Assembly: GCF_006345805.1 (NCBI RefSeq)
Contig: NC_043002.1
Location: forward strand, 15,438,001-15,502,000
DNA length: 64,000 nt
Direction: 5' to 3'
DNA from: Octopus sinensis
Lineage: Eukaryota
This document shows, one piece after another, positions 25,013-38,720 of the stretch. Within the stretch, counting starts at the first letter, position 1, and each line of letters opens with the position of its first letter. Under the pieces are notes generated by a model, which saw only the letters and a program-made list of their open reading frames with translations, ran no database searches and was not told the DNA's origin. A program made the position numbers and the translations under genes.

Positions 25013-26058
25013 ATGTTGACAACCGGGGTTAGCGTGTAAGTCACCGTAAATTAGAGATTCTTTACTACTCTAGGCACAAATTCCAAAATTTTGCGGAACA
25101 GGCTTAAACTAATTAAAGTAAAAGGTCGATTTTTCCCACTAAAATTCTGCGTATTGATACCATCGTATGACCCGTGTAATGACTGAAAGAAATAAAGGAT
25201 AAAAAATATATACATCCATGTGTGTTTTGTCGTAGTATCTCTAAATACATCTTTGTCCATGCCTGCGTGTATATGCTGTTGTTGTCTATGTACATATATC
25301 TATAAGCATCTTCGTTACTTGAAGTGTACGTTCGTAACAGAGTTTTCCAATACTTATATTTATTTCACTGAATCTTATAACAAAACGTCCATATTTTGTT
25401 TCTCTGTATTTATCACATAAAATACCAACTTTGACAAGTGATGTAAATTGCTTCAGACTAGTATAATTTTCACTTACGTTTAATACACAAAACCAAGAAT
25501 ACGCCGTTTAATCGCGTTATCTGATATTACTCGCTTTATTTGTATTGATTACAGTTTTTTTTTTATTATTCTTAAGTACCACAAAAAGTACACAAATCCT
25601 CTTTATTGCCATAAAAGCGAAAACATTTCGCGTGATAAAAATGTTGTCGAAACACAAACGCGACAAATGTGTTCACTCGTTATATGTTGCTGTTTCCATG
25701 AACCAGACATATTAAAGCATGTTATAGACAAATATTTCAATAAGTAATGATTTGTTTTAGCAGATTATTTCAGCTACCAACGTTTGATGTCCAGAACAAC
25801 AGTCGATTAAATGTTATTAATCATTATTGTATTAACCTTCAGAAGCATCAGTAACAAATGCGTATTGCAATTCGTACAGTTGCTATTCAAACTTACATTT
25901 CTTGTTAGTTTTCATAATTATATGAATATGCCTAGTTCTAGAAAAACTACATTTCAGTCTCCGCATTCGCCCTATGTTTCATCTTGCTTCACATTCGTCA
26001 GTCTGTTGTGTGCCTCACTCTCTCTGTCATCTTGCTTATATATATTTGCGTCTTTTAA

Positions 26059-26275
26059 GGGCGGCGAGCTGGCAGAAACGTTAGCACGCCGGGCGAAATG
26101 CGTAGCCGTAATTCGTCTGCCGTTACGTTCCGAGTGGTCGACTTTGCCTTTCAGCATTTCGGGGTCGATAAATTAAGTACCAGTTACGCACTGGGATCGA
26201 TGTAATCGACTTAATCCGTTTGTCTGTCCTTGTTTGTTCCCTTTGTGTTGGCCGCTTGTGAGTAGTAAAGAAATA
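26059..26275 (+). mobile_element. SINE (ggcgagctggcagaaacgttagcac family)
   Basis: Aligns with copies at 32721-32950, 58100-58585 and 59300-59460. Confidence 0.8.
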
Positions 26276-26319
26276 TATATTTGCGTCTTTGCTTGTTTGT
26301 GCGTATGAATGAGAGCTTA

Positions 26320-26385
<66 letters not shown>

Positions 26386-27466
26386 GAAAGTGAAGCATAT
26401 GTAAGACTGCTTCAAGAGATCAATTTAGAAGCAGGCTTCGTTGGATGGAGTCTAACTACGGGGCATTTTTGTAATTGATATCCAGAATAGGCCAAATTAA
26501 CCAAGGCTTTGTGAGTCTGAAGTGAATTTGTGGAGGCTATTTCTACGTATATGTTTCTGCGTGTCTGTAGATGCGTGGTATGCAATCTTATCCGCTTACA
26601 TATGTGTTTATGCGTTTCAGCTCGCGTATGGATATATGAATATTGTATATGCTTCCAAAACAATATAAACATAAATGTGCATATATACATATGTGTATAC
26701 ATATATATCTATGTATTCGTATGCAGGGCAATGTGCCTCTTTGTGTCTATTTTAGAATCGGTGTATTTAAATATGACACTTATTATCGCGTGGCTTAAAT
26801 TCTTGCCTTGTAATTTCATATTAACATTTATTTTTCGAAATGGAGTGTGTCTGAAGTAGATGAATTATGAACACAGAATAAACGACCGTCAAATGATTCA
26901 AACTATATAAAATTGGAAGTCATACCTACAGAAAATGTACGGCAGAGAAGATCTTTAATCATCCATCAAAGTAATGAATCGCTATTTAGATATTTAATGA
27001 GCGCTCTTCAATAAATGTCGCTATATTCATAAATGTTTTTTCTTAAATTGTCAAAATATGCATCCGCATCTAGTTCTCAACGCCAACGTTTGTTTTCTCA
27101 AACGATTACATTTATCATATAATTTCCCCTCAAAACTTCCTTCTTTCGATATATACAAATGAATATATTAATGCTCCAATAGCAAGCTGCTTCTCCATAA
27201 TACGTTAGCCTTTACGTTTATTTCAAGCAAGGAAAATCCTTCGCAGCTTTTCATGCATATGTATATATGTAAAAGAGGAAAAGGAATTAGGAAATATCTA
27301 GAAAGAAGAATCTCAGAATTTATCCGAATATAATGATAAATATAAATCCCAAAGAAACGCACCAGATTGTGTATAAATAAATAAATAGAGGCACTTATTT
27401 AAGCGTATTTTGTACACACACATACACACACACTCAAACACATATACATATAAGTATGTATATATA

Positions 27467-27536
<70 letters not shown>

Positions 27537-27929
27537 ATATATCTTTCGCGTTGTCAAGATGTACTTCATATTTTGCCTGTAATTTTGATGGTGTTTTTAA
27601 CGAAAATGACCATCAAAACTCTCGTATATTATTCGTTCGTAACTCCCATCTCGAAGTGTAAATATAGTGGGTATATTGGTAAAAATATGCCGGGAAGTTA
27701 CCCATATCAGAAAAGAGTTTGAACTCGCTGCACACATTTATATATATGCTACAGAGAACAGAATTACACAGTTAATGAATCCCGTCTAACATTGTTCATA
27801 AACGCTATAAATCATATGATCTAGAATGCATCTGACTCTCAAAATCGTCGGACAAAAACTTTACATTAAGGGCGGAAGAAATTTTCCCCGCATTATATCT
27901 TTAGTAGTTCGATTGAATGAAGGAAAAAC

Positions 27930-28095
27930 AAAGAGGCCTCTTAATTTTCACACTCGTGAAAAATGGAAAACGTATTTTACATTTCGAGCCTACGCTCTTC
28001 GACAGAAAGGAGTGAGAGTGAGAAAAATCGAAGAAGAATGCGAAAAAGCAGAGAGAGAAAAGAATTTGCAGAGGACCGACGGTACACATGGTGAA
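27930..28095 (-). mobile_element. Penelope-like remnant with degenerate hammerhead core
   Basis: Minus strand ctgtcga-a-gagc-gtag-gctc-gaaatgta. Related motifs at 44047-44075 and 45490-45518. Confidence 0.45.
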
Positions 28096-28130
28096 ATGAC
28101 TACACAGTCCTTCAGGCTTGCAGGTACTTG

Positions 28131-28266
28131 GTAACGTAACCGTTTCCCTGCGCTATGAGATTTAGTTGTGATTTCTCAGACGATATACAAATATTATAAA
28201 TTTTTATGTTATCACCTGAGGAAACACAACTAGATCTTATAATGTATTGAAACGGTTACATAACCA
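28131..28266. repeat. Inverted repeat whose arms each hold a decayed hammerhead-like motif
   Basis: + arm ctgagga...gaaacggttacataac; - arm ctgagaa...gaaacggttacgttac. Confidence 0.55.
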
Positions 28267-28692
28267 TACATGTGCAGAACTACGTTGCGTGGACGCAATT
28301 GCAATGACTACAAATAAATGTCCAACTTAGCTCCTTCTTTACTCCAACTTATTCAATAGTTCAATCACACATTACAGAGGCCGCAACGCAAATCTGGCTG
28401 TACGTAGGCTACTGCCGTGCGTATATGTGTGTGTGTGTGAGTATACGTATTACACACACACACATACACACAAACATACGCACACACATATATATACATA
28501 CATACATACTGTCCTACGTCATGGTTTTGTTTTGTTTTTTATCTTTACCGTTATCAAGATTAATCAGCCGAAATTGCGAAGATGATCTGGTTCTTGACTG
28601 ATGACTGAGGGCTTCGAATGTCCCGTCCTGTGGTTCTTGTGTCGTCTGTTTGGTGTTTCATGTTCTTGTCCATGTCTGTATTTATTTTTTAC

Positions 28693-28783
<91 letters not shown>

Positions 28784-29131
28784 TGTATGTATGCATAAGT
28801 GTTGTGTGCGCAGTGTGAATGTGAATAATTCTAGTTATTGTATTTACTTACCGCTTTTCTTTTGCTTCTTCCAAGCATTGCCCTCTGAACATCCTGGAGC
28901 ACTATATTTTGGAGCTTTTTAGTCAAACGAATTAAAACCAATACATGATTTTGCTTTAAGGGCTTATAATTATTCTATCATTTTCTTTTGTTAAATCATA
29001 ATGTTACTGGGGCGCAATAATAGCAAAACCGAGTGCCAAGCAGTGATGAAGGATACAGACAGAGCCACACACACAAACACACACACAGACACAAACACAC
29101 ATGCACACACACACACACGTACATTTATACA

Positions 29132-30060
29132 TACGAGAGCGCGTTGAAAATTTCCTGGATGTGGGTAAAAAGAAATATAGGATTTTATTCGACATATTCC
29201 CCTCTCTTATTCACACAGTTATTGCAGCGACCCATCAGTTTTTCGAGGCCCTGTAAAAAGACCTCAGAAAGTTGAACCACCAACTAGGCCTCTGTAGCAG
29301 CGATCACTTCCGAATCGGAATGAAATTCCTTCTCTTGAGTATTGTGGAAATGGATGATGGTCTGAGTGGGCCAAATCAAGAGAGTAAGTTGGATGATCTA
29401 CCTAGTCGAAGCCAACATTGCATAATTTCTGTAGAGTGTCACGTGCTTTCTGTGGTGGTGCATTGCCCGGCAAAACAGGACAAAACTCATCAACGTTTCA
29501 CATAGTTTCCACTTCCAAGTTTAATGTAGCATTTTGCGTTGATAGTGCAACTCTTTGGCAGGTATTTTATGAGGAGTACTTTCTTTTAGTCCTAAATCAG
29601 TGAAGCCAGAATCTTTCCAGTTGACGTCGGGGCCCGAAAATTCTTGGTACATGGTGAGCTGCTGTGGCATCCATTGATAGCTGTTTGGTTTGGAGATCAT
29701 AATGTTGAAGCCAACTTACATCTATTGTAATTAAACGAGTCATAAATATAGCCTCTCCTGCAGTAAACCGGACCATAATCGCCTTTGATATCGTCATTCT
29801 GATGCGCGAGTGATCTGCGTTCGGAACCCTTTTGTGGAAAGCTTGCGGAAAGCTTTCTCATGTCTGGAGTTTTATAGATGATGCAACCAACCCTTTCCCA
29901 GGAAATTCCCAGAGTGTGAGCTATGACTTTAACTGAATTCCGGCGGTCCTCCAGAATCATGAAGTGTACAGCATCGGCTTTGTCCTCTGTAATCGCATAA
30001 GCTTACTGCTCTGACTGAGAATCATGTCTGACCTTGAAATGACCAGTCCGAAACCTTGAC
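29132..30060 (-). pseudogene. Mariner transposase remnant with TIR-like end
   Basis: MILEDRRNSVKVIAHTLGISWERVGCII...DMRKLSA and RLITIDVSWLQHYDLQTKQLSM (~RIVTGDETWIHHYDPETKQQSM). TA-CGAG...gaaaatttcctgg terminus. Confidence 0.8.
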
Positions 30061-32058
30061 ACTTAGCTAAAATGAGAAGTCATACTTCAACACTTACTTC
30101 ATCTCGCCTTACATTTCCGGCGCGCATTTACTATGCACATTTTGGAACTTCATGATCACTCGTATTTCAGTTTTGCCTGATCCACTGTAGGAGTTGTATT
30201 ATGCTTTCAATCTGCAAAAATGAGAATGATGTATTGCATACCATCATGATTTATTGCATATCTTCTCCTAAAGAGTTGTCTTAACCCCCCCCCCCCTTAT
30301 TGATAACGGCTCCAATCTTTCGCGATATTCTTACAACCAGGAACGTCTTCGTGCTGGCGCGTGTGTATATGACGGAAATGTTTTTAGTTTCTGTCGACGA
30401 AATCTGCTCACAGTTTCTGAAATATATTTGTGTCATGTGCTACGCAAAAGGAATGCATCTGGAACAATGGGGTTGTGAAGGAAACCTTTTAGAAGTCATA
30501 CTATTTCAGCGGAGATTTGTACTCAGTTTTCGCCTATGATGTTATCGCTTTACGTATAGGTGTTGTTTTGTTTGTACTTTTTTGCAGGTAAATCCAAATG
30601 AGCATTCGAATGTATGGTAATAGTTCAGTGTACACTAATTACGGAGATTTCATATGAATCATACACTTTGTTATTTGGTTGAAACTTTCAATGCTACGGT
30701 TCGTGGCAACTTACGAACATGATAACATGTCAATATATGAAAGCTAGCAAAGAGCATTGTAGTTGTTTTAGTCCGATTCAAGTCAGCTCTTATAAACGAA
30801 AATTATGCTGAGATGAATTCAAGGCTATAAACTTCCTATCGTTTGTGCTATAATGCATATCCTCATACATAATACAAATATATCCTATATACGTAACATC
30901 AGTTTTCCTGCCAAGTAATACTATAAATAACCAGTATGAATTTGATTTGGTTCTGTGTAAATCATATATTTTATCGGTTTTAGATTTCGGCACTAGGCCA
31001 GAAATTTCGAGGGTCAATAACATCAATCCAAATGTTCAACTGCTACACATTTTATCGAGACCGAAATTATGCAAGTCAAAATCAACCTTGACGAAATTTG
31101 AACTCAGAACATAAAAACGGAGGGAATACTGCCAGCGCAACACCTTATCATGCATTTACATTAAGCTGTAAAGCAGATGTGTTAAGATTTACGAAGCGAA
31201 TATGTTGATCACACTGTTTAAATATTGATGAATTTTAAAAGCGATTTAAGGATGTCATATTATATTTATTAATAAAATATCAAATATCACTACTTTGTTT
31301 TGTAAGGTTTCAGAACAAACACTATTATGTCAAGGAATTATTATTTTAGAAAAGATAATTTCATTGCATAAAGTGAAGAAAGTATCGTTCAATGCATAGT
31401 GACATTTGGCACATAATTTCAATACATGACATTATTAAATGCGGTGCGTGTGGTAAAGTACTAAAGATAATTTGGGGGGGATATCAAAGTTAGGAGCGGA
31501 AATTTATCTCCTTCACATTATAAGGCTACGCCCCGCTGACTCTTTATATACTTATGACAGATATGAATATACAAATATATTCCTACACAAAAACATTCAT
31601 ATATAAACTACACACACTCATATACATACCTACATGCATATGTATGTATGCATATCTGTAAGCAATACACATATGCGTATGTGGGCGCGCTTCTATATGT
31701 GTATGTTTGTGTGTGCGTCCACTTGAATATGTCTGAATTTATGCAAATACGTGTTTCTGTATAAACTGAGAGTTGGAAAGAGCGTGAGTGTGAACGAGAT
31801 ATATTGCTTGTCTTAACATTCGTTTCCCTCCAGAATTTTCTACCTTAGAACATAAGCAGAAAATTTAATAATGTCATGTATTGGTTTATGTAACAAATGT
31901 CATGATGCATTGAATGAGATTTTTCACAGCCAATGCAGTTAAGTTATTATACACACACACACACGTACAAACGCACGCGCCCATACACACACACACATGC
32001 ACACACACATACATATATATATATATACACAATTCTCATTCACTCTCATTTTCTCTTT

Positions 32059-32059
32059 A

Positions 32060-32143
<84 letters not shown>

Positions 32144-32160
32144 GTACATATATATATATG

Positions 32161-32219
<59 letters not shown>

Positions 32220-32278
32220 ATATATATTGTATATAAATATATGTATATATATATATATGTATATATATATATGTATAT

Positions 32279-32326
<48 letters not shown>

Positions 32327-32334
32327 TATATATA

Positions 32335-32383
<49 letters not shown>
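32059..32383. repeat. Long (AT)n microsatellite
   Basis: Directly visible. One of dozens of AT/AC/AGAT tracts in the window. Confidence 0.95.
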
Positions 32384-32388
<5 letters not shown>

Positions 32389-32720
32389 AAACTACGCTCG
32401 CTCCGGTTTAGGAATACTACTGTATTTCTTACGCATGGAATGTAAATCACTAGAACTTAGGAACATATATCTTGTCATAGAATTCGCAATTTATATGATG
32501 CTTTCACTCACAACTGACTAAAGTATAATATCTGAACAAATAAGCGAATCTGAAATCAAATGGTTTACTATGTGGAGATTTTCCTATATCGTAGATGCAA
32601 ATAATCAAATTAAGAAGAAATAGCCCCTTTCTTATATTTGTTAAATTTGTTTATATTTTCTTTTGTTTATCAAATACTAAATCTTGTTTCTCTATCTCAT
32701 ACTTACTTTATGCCCGCTGA

Positions 32721-32950
32721 AGGAGGCGAGCTGGCAGAAACGTTAGCACACCGGACGAAATGCGTAACCGTAATTTGTCTGCCGTTACGTTCCGAGTTCA
32801 AATTCGGCCGAGGTCGACTTTGCTTTTCATCCTTTCGGGATCGATAAATTAAGTACCAGTTACGCACTGGAATCAATGTAATCGACTTAATCCCTTCGTC
32901 TGTCCTTGTTTGTCCCCTCTGTGTTTAGCCCCTTGTGTCTAGTAAAAAAT
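32721..32950 (+). mobile_element. SINE (same family as 26059)
   Basis: A-box-like gagctggcagaa and B-box gagttcaaattc; collinear with 26059-26275. Confidence 0.8.
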
Positions 32951-33406
32951 ATATTATTTTATGCCCACTGACCCTATATAAAGGCACACATACACACATC
33001 CACATATACATGCACGCACACATTCATACGTGCATACGTATATACGTATGGAGAATAAAGAATCAGTAAAAATAAAGAATCAGTATATACGTATAGAGTG
33101 TTTGAAGTGGTTTACAGATATTGTATGTTAAGAGGAAGCAGTGAAAATGGTGGATAATCTTTTTGCTTGCGGTCTCGTCCTTTCATTTGAAATCTTCAAG
33201 ATAACTTGAAGAAATCGGCTGAACAAGAGAGAGTAATAATAAAGAATTACGCAAAATTCTGACCGCTACCTGCTTCTTAAGCTTAGAATCGAAACTTTAA
33301 ATACTTCTTCGTTTTTCACTTCCCGAGTGTTAAAGAAATACATCTGTTTGTTCTCTAAACCACCTGTCTTCGTCTTTTGTTATTGTTTTTTTTTTTTGTG
33401 AATTCT

Positions 33407-33450
<44 letters not shown>

Positions 33451-33455
<5 letters not shown>

Positions 33456-33708
33456 TTTAAGAGACAGAGTCCCCCTCAAGCAACTCAATCATCATTGAAT
33501 GACATTATCCATAAAATAGGACTAAATATTAAAATTATCAAGATTAATACCTTCAAGAATTGAGGCTATTAATTTTGATAATTGGGAATAAGAATTGTAG
33601 GTATTAATTTTCATAATAATAATATTTAGTCCTATATGTGCCTATTGTCGATAATGTCATTCAATGATGATTGAGTTGCTTGAGGTTGATTCTGTCTCTT
33701 AAACCTAT
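33451..33708. mobile_element. Fold-back/MITE-like palindrome in (TA)n
   Basis: Arms of ~100 bp: ataggtttaagagacaga...ctcaagcaactcaatcatcattgaatgacattatc and its reverse complement. Confidence 0.75.
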
Positions 33709-33820
33709 CTATATATATATATATGTATATAATACAGTGAGTAATTCATTTTAGTGCCACTAAATTGAACTTCTCTCCCCTGTGGACTTGGAAATAGCTT
33801 CCCTAATATTAATACTAAAT

Positions 33821-33870
<50 letters not shown>

Positions 33871-33962
33871 ATGTATATATATATATATATAATATATATA
33901 TAATATATATATAATATATATATATATATAATATATATATATTATATATATATATATATATG

Positions 33963-34017
<55 letters not shown>

Positions 34018-34711
34018 ATATATATACATACATGTGAGTATGGGCGTGCACGTGTGTGTCTGTATTCATTATTAAGGGTACTAACAGGGAGTGCCGGCAT
34101 ACTAAATATAGCAGTAAAAATGAACAGACAATAAGTTTTCACGTAAACACAAAGGTGAAAGTGGGCAAATGATTGAAAAACATATGACCTCGTATCTGTG
34201 ACGAAAAGATTCGAAAATTGAAAAACTCAGATAGGCCCGTATCACTGTGAATTCGAACAATGCGGAAAAATCTCTTAGTTCATCTTCTGCGTGTCTTACT
34301 GACCCCAGGGTTATAGACCTCATTTATCTCAACCACTGTGTTTAATGACCATCCTTAATGCCGCAGCAAATTTAAAAAGGTGATTGAAGTGATACCCGTA
34401 TGCCTGAGTTTTTAATTTTCAATTACTTTCCTCGTTGGTATGGGGTCTTCGGATTTATAATCATTTGCACACTTTCACCTTTGTTCTTAATTGAAAACTT
34501 GTGGCTTGGTCATTTTGTCTGCTATAGCGATTACAGATTACACAACATTCAGATTACCCCCTGCTCAATTTGAAATCGCTTTCCGATTAACTCCGGGTGT
34601 AATTTGAAATCGATTTTAAGTTACCCCCTACGATTTCAGATTACCCCCACCTAAAATCCTTCCACAAATGTTCGTCAATGTCATAGCAAATAGGGGAATC
34701 ATTATTATCTT

Positions 34712-34763
34712 TATCATCATCATCATCATCATCATCCTCATCATCATCCTCATCATCATCATC

Positions 34764-34812
<49 letters not shown>

Positions 34813-34828
34813 CCATCATCATCATCAT
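34712..34828. repeat. (CAT)n microsatellite
   Basis: Directly visible. Confidence 0.95.
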
Positions 34829-35551
34829 TTTCATTCTGTAACTTACAAATACGTTACCAAAAATATAATTACTAATACCATATTGCATCAAGGAAGATAA
34901 TGGATCAACCCATGAAGTGTATGTGTTGTTGGTTATTACGTGTGCGCGTACATCATGTACATTTGTAAATGTAAAAGAAACTCAGAGGTTTCATTTAGTT
35001 ACTTAAATTTGAAGAAATTTGAAAGAAGCATATCTAGAATGGGTATTGTTTGTATATTAGAATAGCACAGTCCGTTCTAAAAGAACTATACGATAGAAAA
35101 CAAGAGCAACAGCAGTTCAGTATTGGAAATAAGGTTCTTCTCAACAACCCGATTAGTGAGAACAGAAAGGAAGGACATTTTACGGAACGCCGCACAGGTC
35201 TTCACACTGTTGTAGAAGTTGGAGCAAAAATACCAATCGACTTTCAAATGACAATAAAGTACTAGAAAATAAAGTAAATGCCATCAGCCTCCCTGGATAT
35301 ACTGAGCAACTGCCTGCAATTAAAAAAACGTAAAACCAATTACGAAAGTCAAAATGTCCAAGCTCCAAGCGTAACAAATACAAACTGCAATGATGTTTCA
35401 ATATACATAAATACATTTCGTTACCAATTTAAGCTGTATATATAAATATCGGTTTGTATCTAAAATGCATAACGTTCTTAAAATCAATCTGTTATCGTTA
35501 CATTCAGTCAACTCAACTCAGTTCACTCTAAGAAAAATCCATCTGCTACAT

Positions 35552-35903
35552 ATTTACATTTCATTTTCATCTAGTGTCAGCTCACGGGTTGTGGCCATGC
35601 TGGGGCCCCGCCATTGGATGTTGCTACGTGATTTTACTTCATGAATGCTTTTTAGCAATTGACATTTGGTGCATGAGAGAGTTTGATGCAGCTGCCCTCA
35701 TCTGCACCTCCTGCCGTGAAGTTGGTTCATCAGGGACACCTGACATAAAGAGGTCCAGCTTTATTTTTACGACATCCGCATCCATCCCATGCAGGTCTCT
35801 CAGGTTCTTCGGGAGAATATTGGAGAGCTGTGGACCTCTGAAGCCCAGGCTATCGCAGTATCTTGTCCTACATCTTGATGGTAAATTTGGAGTCCTTGGC
35901 ACT
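35552..35903 (-). mobile_element. 5'-truncated copy of the CR1/L2-group LINE
   Basis: VPRTPNLPSRCRTRYCDSLGFRGPQL...VPDEPTSRQEVQMRAAASNSL matches 17299-17630. Tail is (GAAAT)-like rather than (AATC)n. Confidence 0.9.
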
Positions 35904-36846
35904 AAAAAAGTATTCTGATACAAATCACTTTCTCATAACCAAAAAATGATTTTTTTTTATTTACAAAAAATGCAAAATTGATATTCGACATGTACTTTTT
36001 TTCAGCACATCATAAAACTGTTTTAAAAATCCTAATGTGCTCTCTTATTTTCATATCTTAAGTTTTATTTACAATCTTGAAATGTAATCCGTGTTTAATG
36101 TTATAAAAATATCAGGACCAGTAAGTCTTCAGTTTTATTTTTTTATATTTTACCAAAACCATTGAGGGGGTAATGTGAACAGCGTAGGGTAATTTGAAAT
36201 CGTATTCAGGTTACCCCAATTCAGATAATTTGAAATCGATTGCAGATTAGCGGGAGGTAGCCTGAAATGGGAGTGTAACATGAAATATTTACACCGGTAC
36301 TGCCTGTTTAAAATTTGCTGCGACATCAAAAACGACCACTGAACACATTCGTTGCAGAAACTCTATAAGCCTGCGGTCAGTGAGCCTCGCCGAAGATGAA
36401 GTAAGAGTATTTCTCAAAGTTTGAAATCATGGTGATACGGTCTGACATTTTCAATTTTTGGCTATTTTCGTTATTGGTTCAGGGATTAGAATTTGTTATT
36501 TATTTGCACGCTTTCAAATTTGCTTTCAATTGACGGTTTGTGATTTCGTCATTCTGACTAATACCCTTAATTATTAATTGATAATTTTTAACATTGTGAG
36601 TTTTTTTTACGTATGCTAAAACACTGATATTATTATACATGCTATATATATATATACCCTCACACACACACACACACACACACATATATACATATATATG
36701 CATATGCATATACATATATTTATATGTATATATAGATGTGTATATATATATATATGTATGTATATATTTATATATATATGCATATATATTTATATACATA
36801 AATGATAAGAAAAAAGGAAATAGAGATAAATCAATTAATGATTATA

Positions 36847-36908
36847 TTTGCATGCGATTTTTATAGATATTTACATGCACGTAAATATCTATAAAAATCG
36901 CATGCAAA
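36847..36908. repeat. Perfect 28-bp-arm palindrome with 6-nt loop
   Basis: tttgcatgcgatttttatagatatttac-atgcac-gtaaatatctataaaaatcgcatgcaaa. Confidence 0.9.
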
Positions 36909-38414
36909 AAATCTATAAATTTATTTTTGTGCAAGTAATATGATACAACTTATATTCAAACACAAACTAATTATTGTGCTCATATAGGGTTCATTGAAAA
37001 TAAGATACAAATAAAATAGTAAGAAATATATATAAATAAAGATTTATTTATTATACATACTTCTTTATTTTTTATAAAAACTAACACTCCTAAATCTATT
37101 TTGTATTAATCACATAAGATAAACAGAGTTAAAAATAAGTAGCGTTTCGTTTTTATAAGTATAGTTGACGGAAATATATGAAATAAATAAGGAAGCAGGG
37201 AAGAGTTTCTTATGTCAAAGAAAATAAATCTAATAGTTATTTTAAAATTTAAAGGATAAAATGCCCTTTTCTGCAATTTATGATATAATGAAAGAAGAAA
37301 TAAATAAAATAAAAGTGATTTAATATGTTGCATTTATAAATAAGAGAACAAGGAAAATCCCTTATATGGAAGTAAATTATTAAATATATTTTTGGTTTAG
37401 GCGGTGACATGCTCGTGTGAGCAAAAGAAGTAGTGGCCAAGGAGAGGTAAATATGGGTAGTTAAGTTTTCTAGGGAATATTAGAAAATAGATTGAAAACA
37501 ATCATTATAGTTAAAAATATATATAAGATTTTTATAATATATAAATGTTAGAAATATATATATATATATATATTAGTTTAATAATTAATTAAAATAGGTT
37601 GGTAAATAATATTAGGTAATGTAACACATTATTGGATGAGAGAAAGTTAAATATTAATAGTGAGTCTAAAATGTGTAGAAGCATTTACAATTTAGTATTA
37701 TTTACATCAATTATATGTAATGGGGGAATATAAATTAGCAATATTTAATTAAATTAATAATTACTGTTATTTGTGAATCAATTAAGAAATGTAAAAATGT
37801 AAAAATATAAAATACGTATAAGAAGAAAATAAGGAAAATAATTATAAATATAAATGTATATTTAAAATATCAAATATCAAATTTATCAAAAATTAAGTAG
37901 ATAAAAGTGATAGCATGTGTTACGGATTAATATGTGCAAATATAGTTGGGAAAAAGTTATTTACACACTTTTTATCTATTTATTTGTGTTTCGAAAATAC
38001 ATATATTCCCATGTGTACACATGTCTCTTTCATGTCTAAGGTTAAATACACAGAAAATTGCCGAGAAAATAAAATATTTTCATTTAAACCTAGAAAACAG
38101 TTTTTAGTATTAATTTTTTAAGAAGGTGCTGAAGCTATCATATTTCATTTAATATTAAAATTTATATTAAAATTTAACTCCTAGATAAATTTACTTAATT
38201 CAGTTCAATTGGATTTATGTTTGTTTCTAAAAGTCTACAAGTGCGTAGAGATGTGTTTGTTTTATTTAATTTTCCGTATCCCTAATATAAAAATATTTCT
38301 CATCTGGAATTGTTACTGTGCATTGATACATTACACATTTTCTTTTGCATGCATTATTAAATATATAAATATATATATATAAATAAATATATATATATAT
38401 ATATATATGCAATG

Positions 38415-38720
38415 AAACAGCCTGCTCTTGAAATTAACGTGCAAGTGGCTGAGCACTCCACAGATACGTGTACCAATAACGTGTAACCGTCAACCTGACA
38501 CAGACTGTGACAAGATTGGCCCTTTGAAATAGAGGTACAAGAGAAACTGGAAGAAAGTTGTGTTGAAACAGTACAGCAGGATTCGCCACCACTCCCTGAC
38601 GGTGTCTCGTGGAGCTTTAGGTACTTTTCCTCAATAAACACTCAGAACGCCAGGTCCGGGAATCGAAACCGCGATCCTACGAACACGATTCCGCTGCCCT
38701 AACCATTGGGCAATTGCGCC
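38415..38720 (-). mobile_element. tRNA-derived SINE (tail type b)
   Basis: Minus head ggcgcaattgcccaatggttagggcagcgg...ggtttcgattcccgg with shared core. Confidence 0.8.

Larger units (their letters stand above)
34536..36280 (+). mobile_element. Ginger-like DNA transposon relic
   Basis: Ends (ga)ttacac.../...gtgtaaca with inverted subterminal repeats ttcagattacccc and aatttgaaatcg. Internal ELYDRKQ..FSIGNKVLLNN..RKEGHFTERRTGLHTVVEV resembles the integrase GPY/F region. Confidence 0.55.
34076..36566. mobile_element. Kolobok-like non-autonomous DNA transposon (TTAA-GGG...CCC-TTAA, long decayed TIRs) containing nested insertions
   Basis: ttaa|gggtact at 34072 and aataccc|ttaa at 36570. 34210-34380 is an inverted match to 36303-36460. 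Confidence 0.55.

Noticed and set aside
31914-32450. Long ORFs of YI/HT/VC/YLSI repeats here and throughout the track
   Set aside because: These are translations of (AT)n, (AC)n and (AGAT)n microsatellites, which lack stop codons by construction.
36960-37920. Extremely AT-rich block as a possible mitochondrial insertion (NUMT)
   Set aside because: No recognisable mitochondrial gene, tRNA or rRNA motif. It could be a decayed LINE but cannot be supported by eye.
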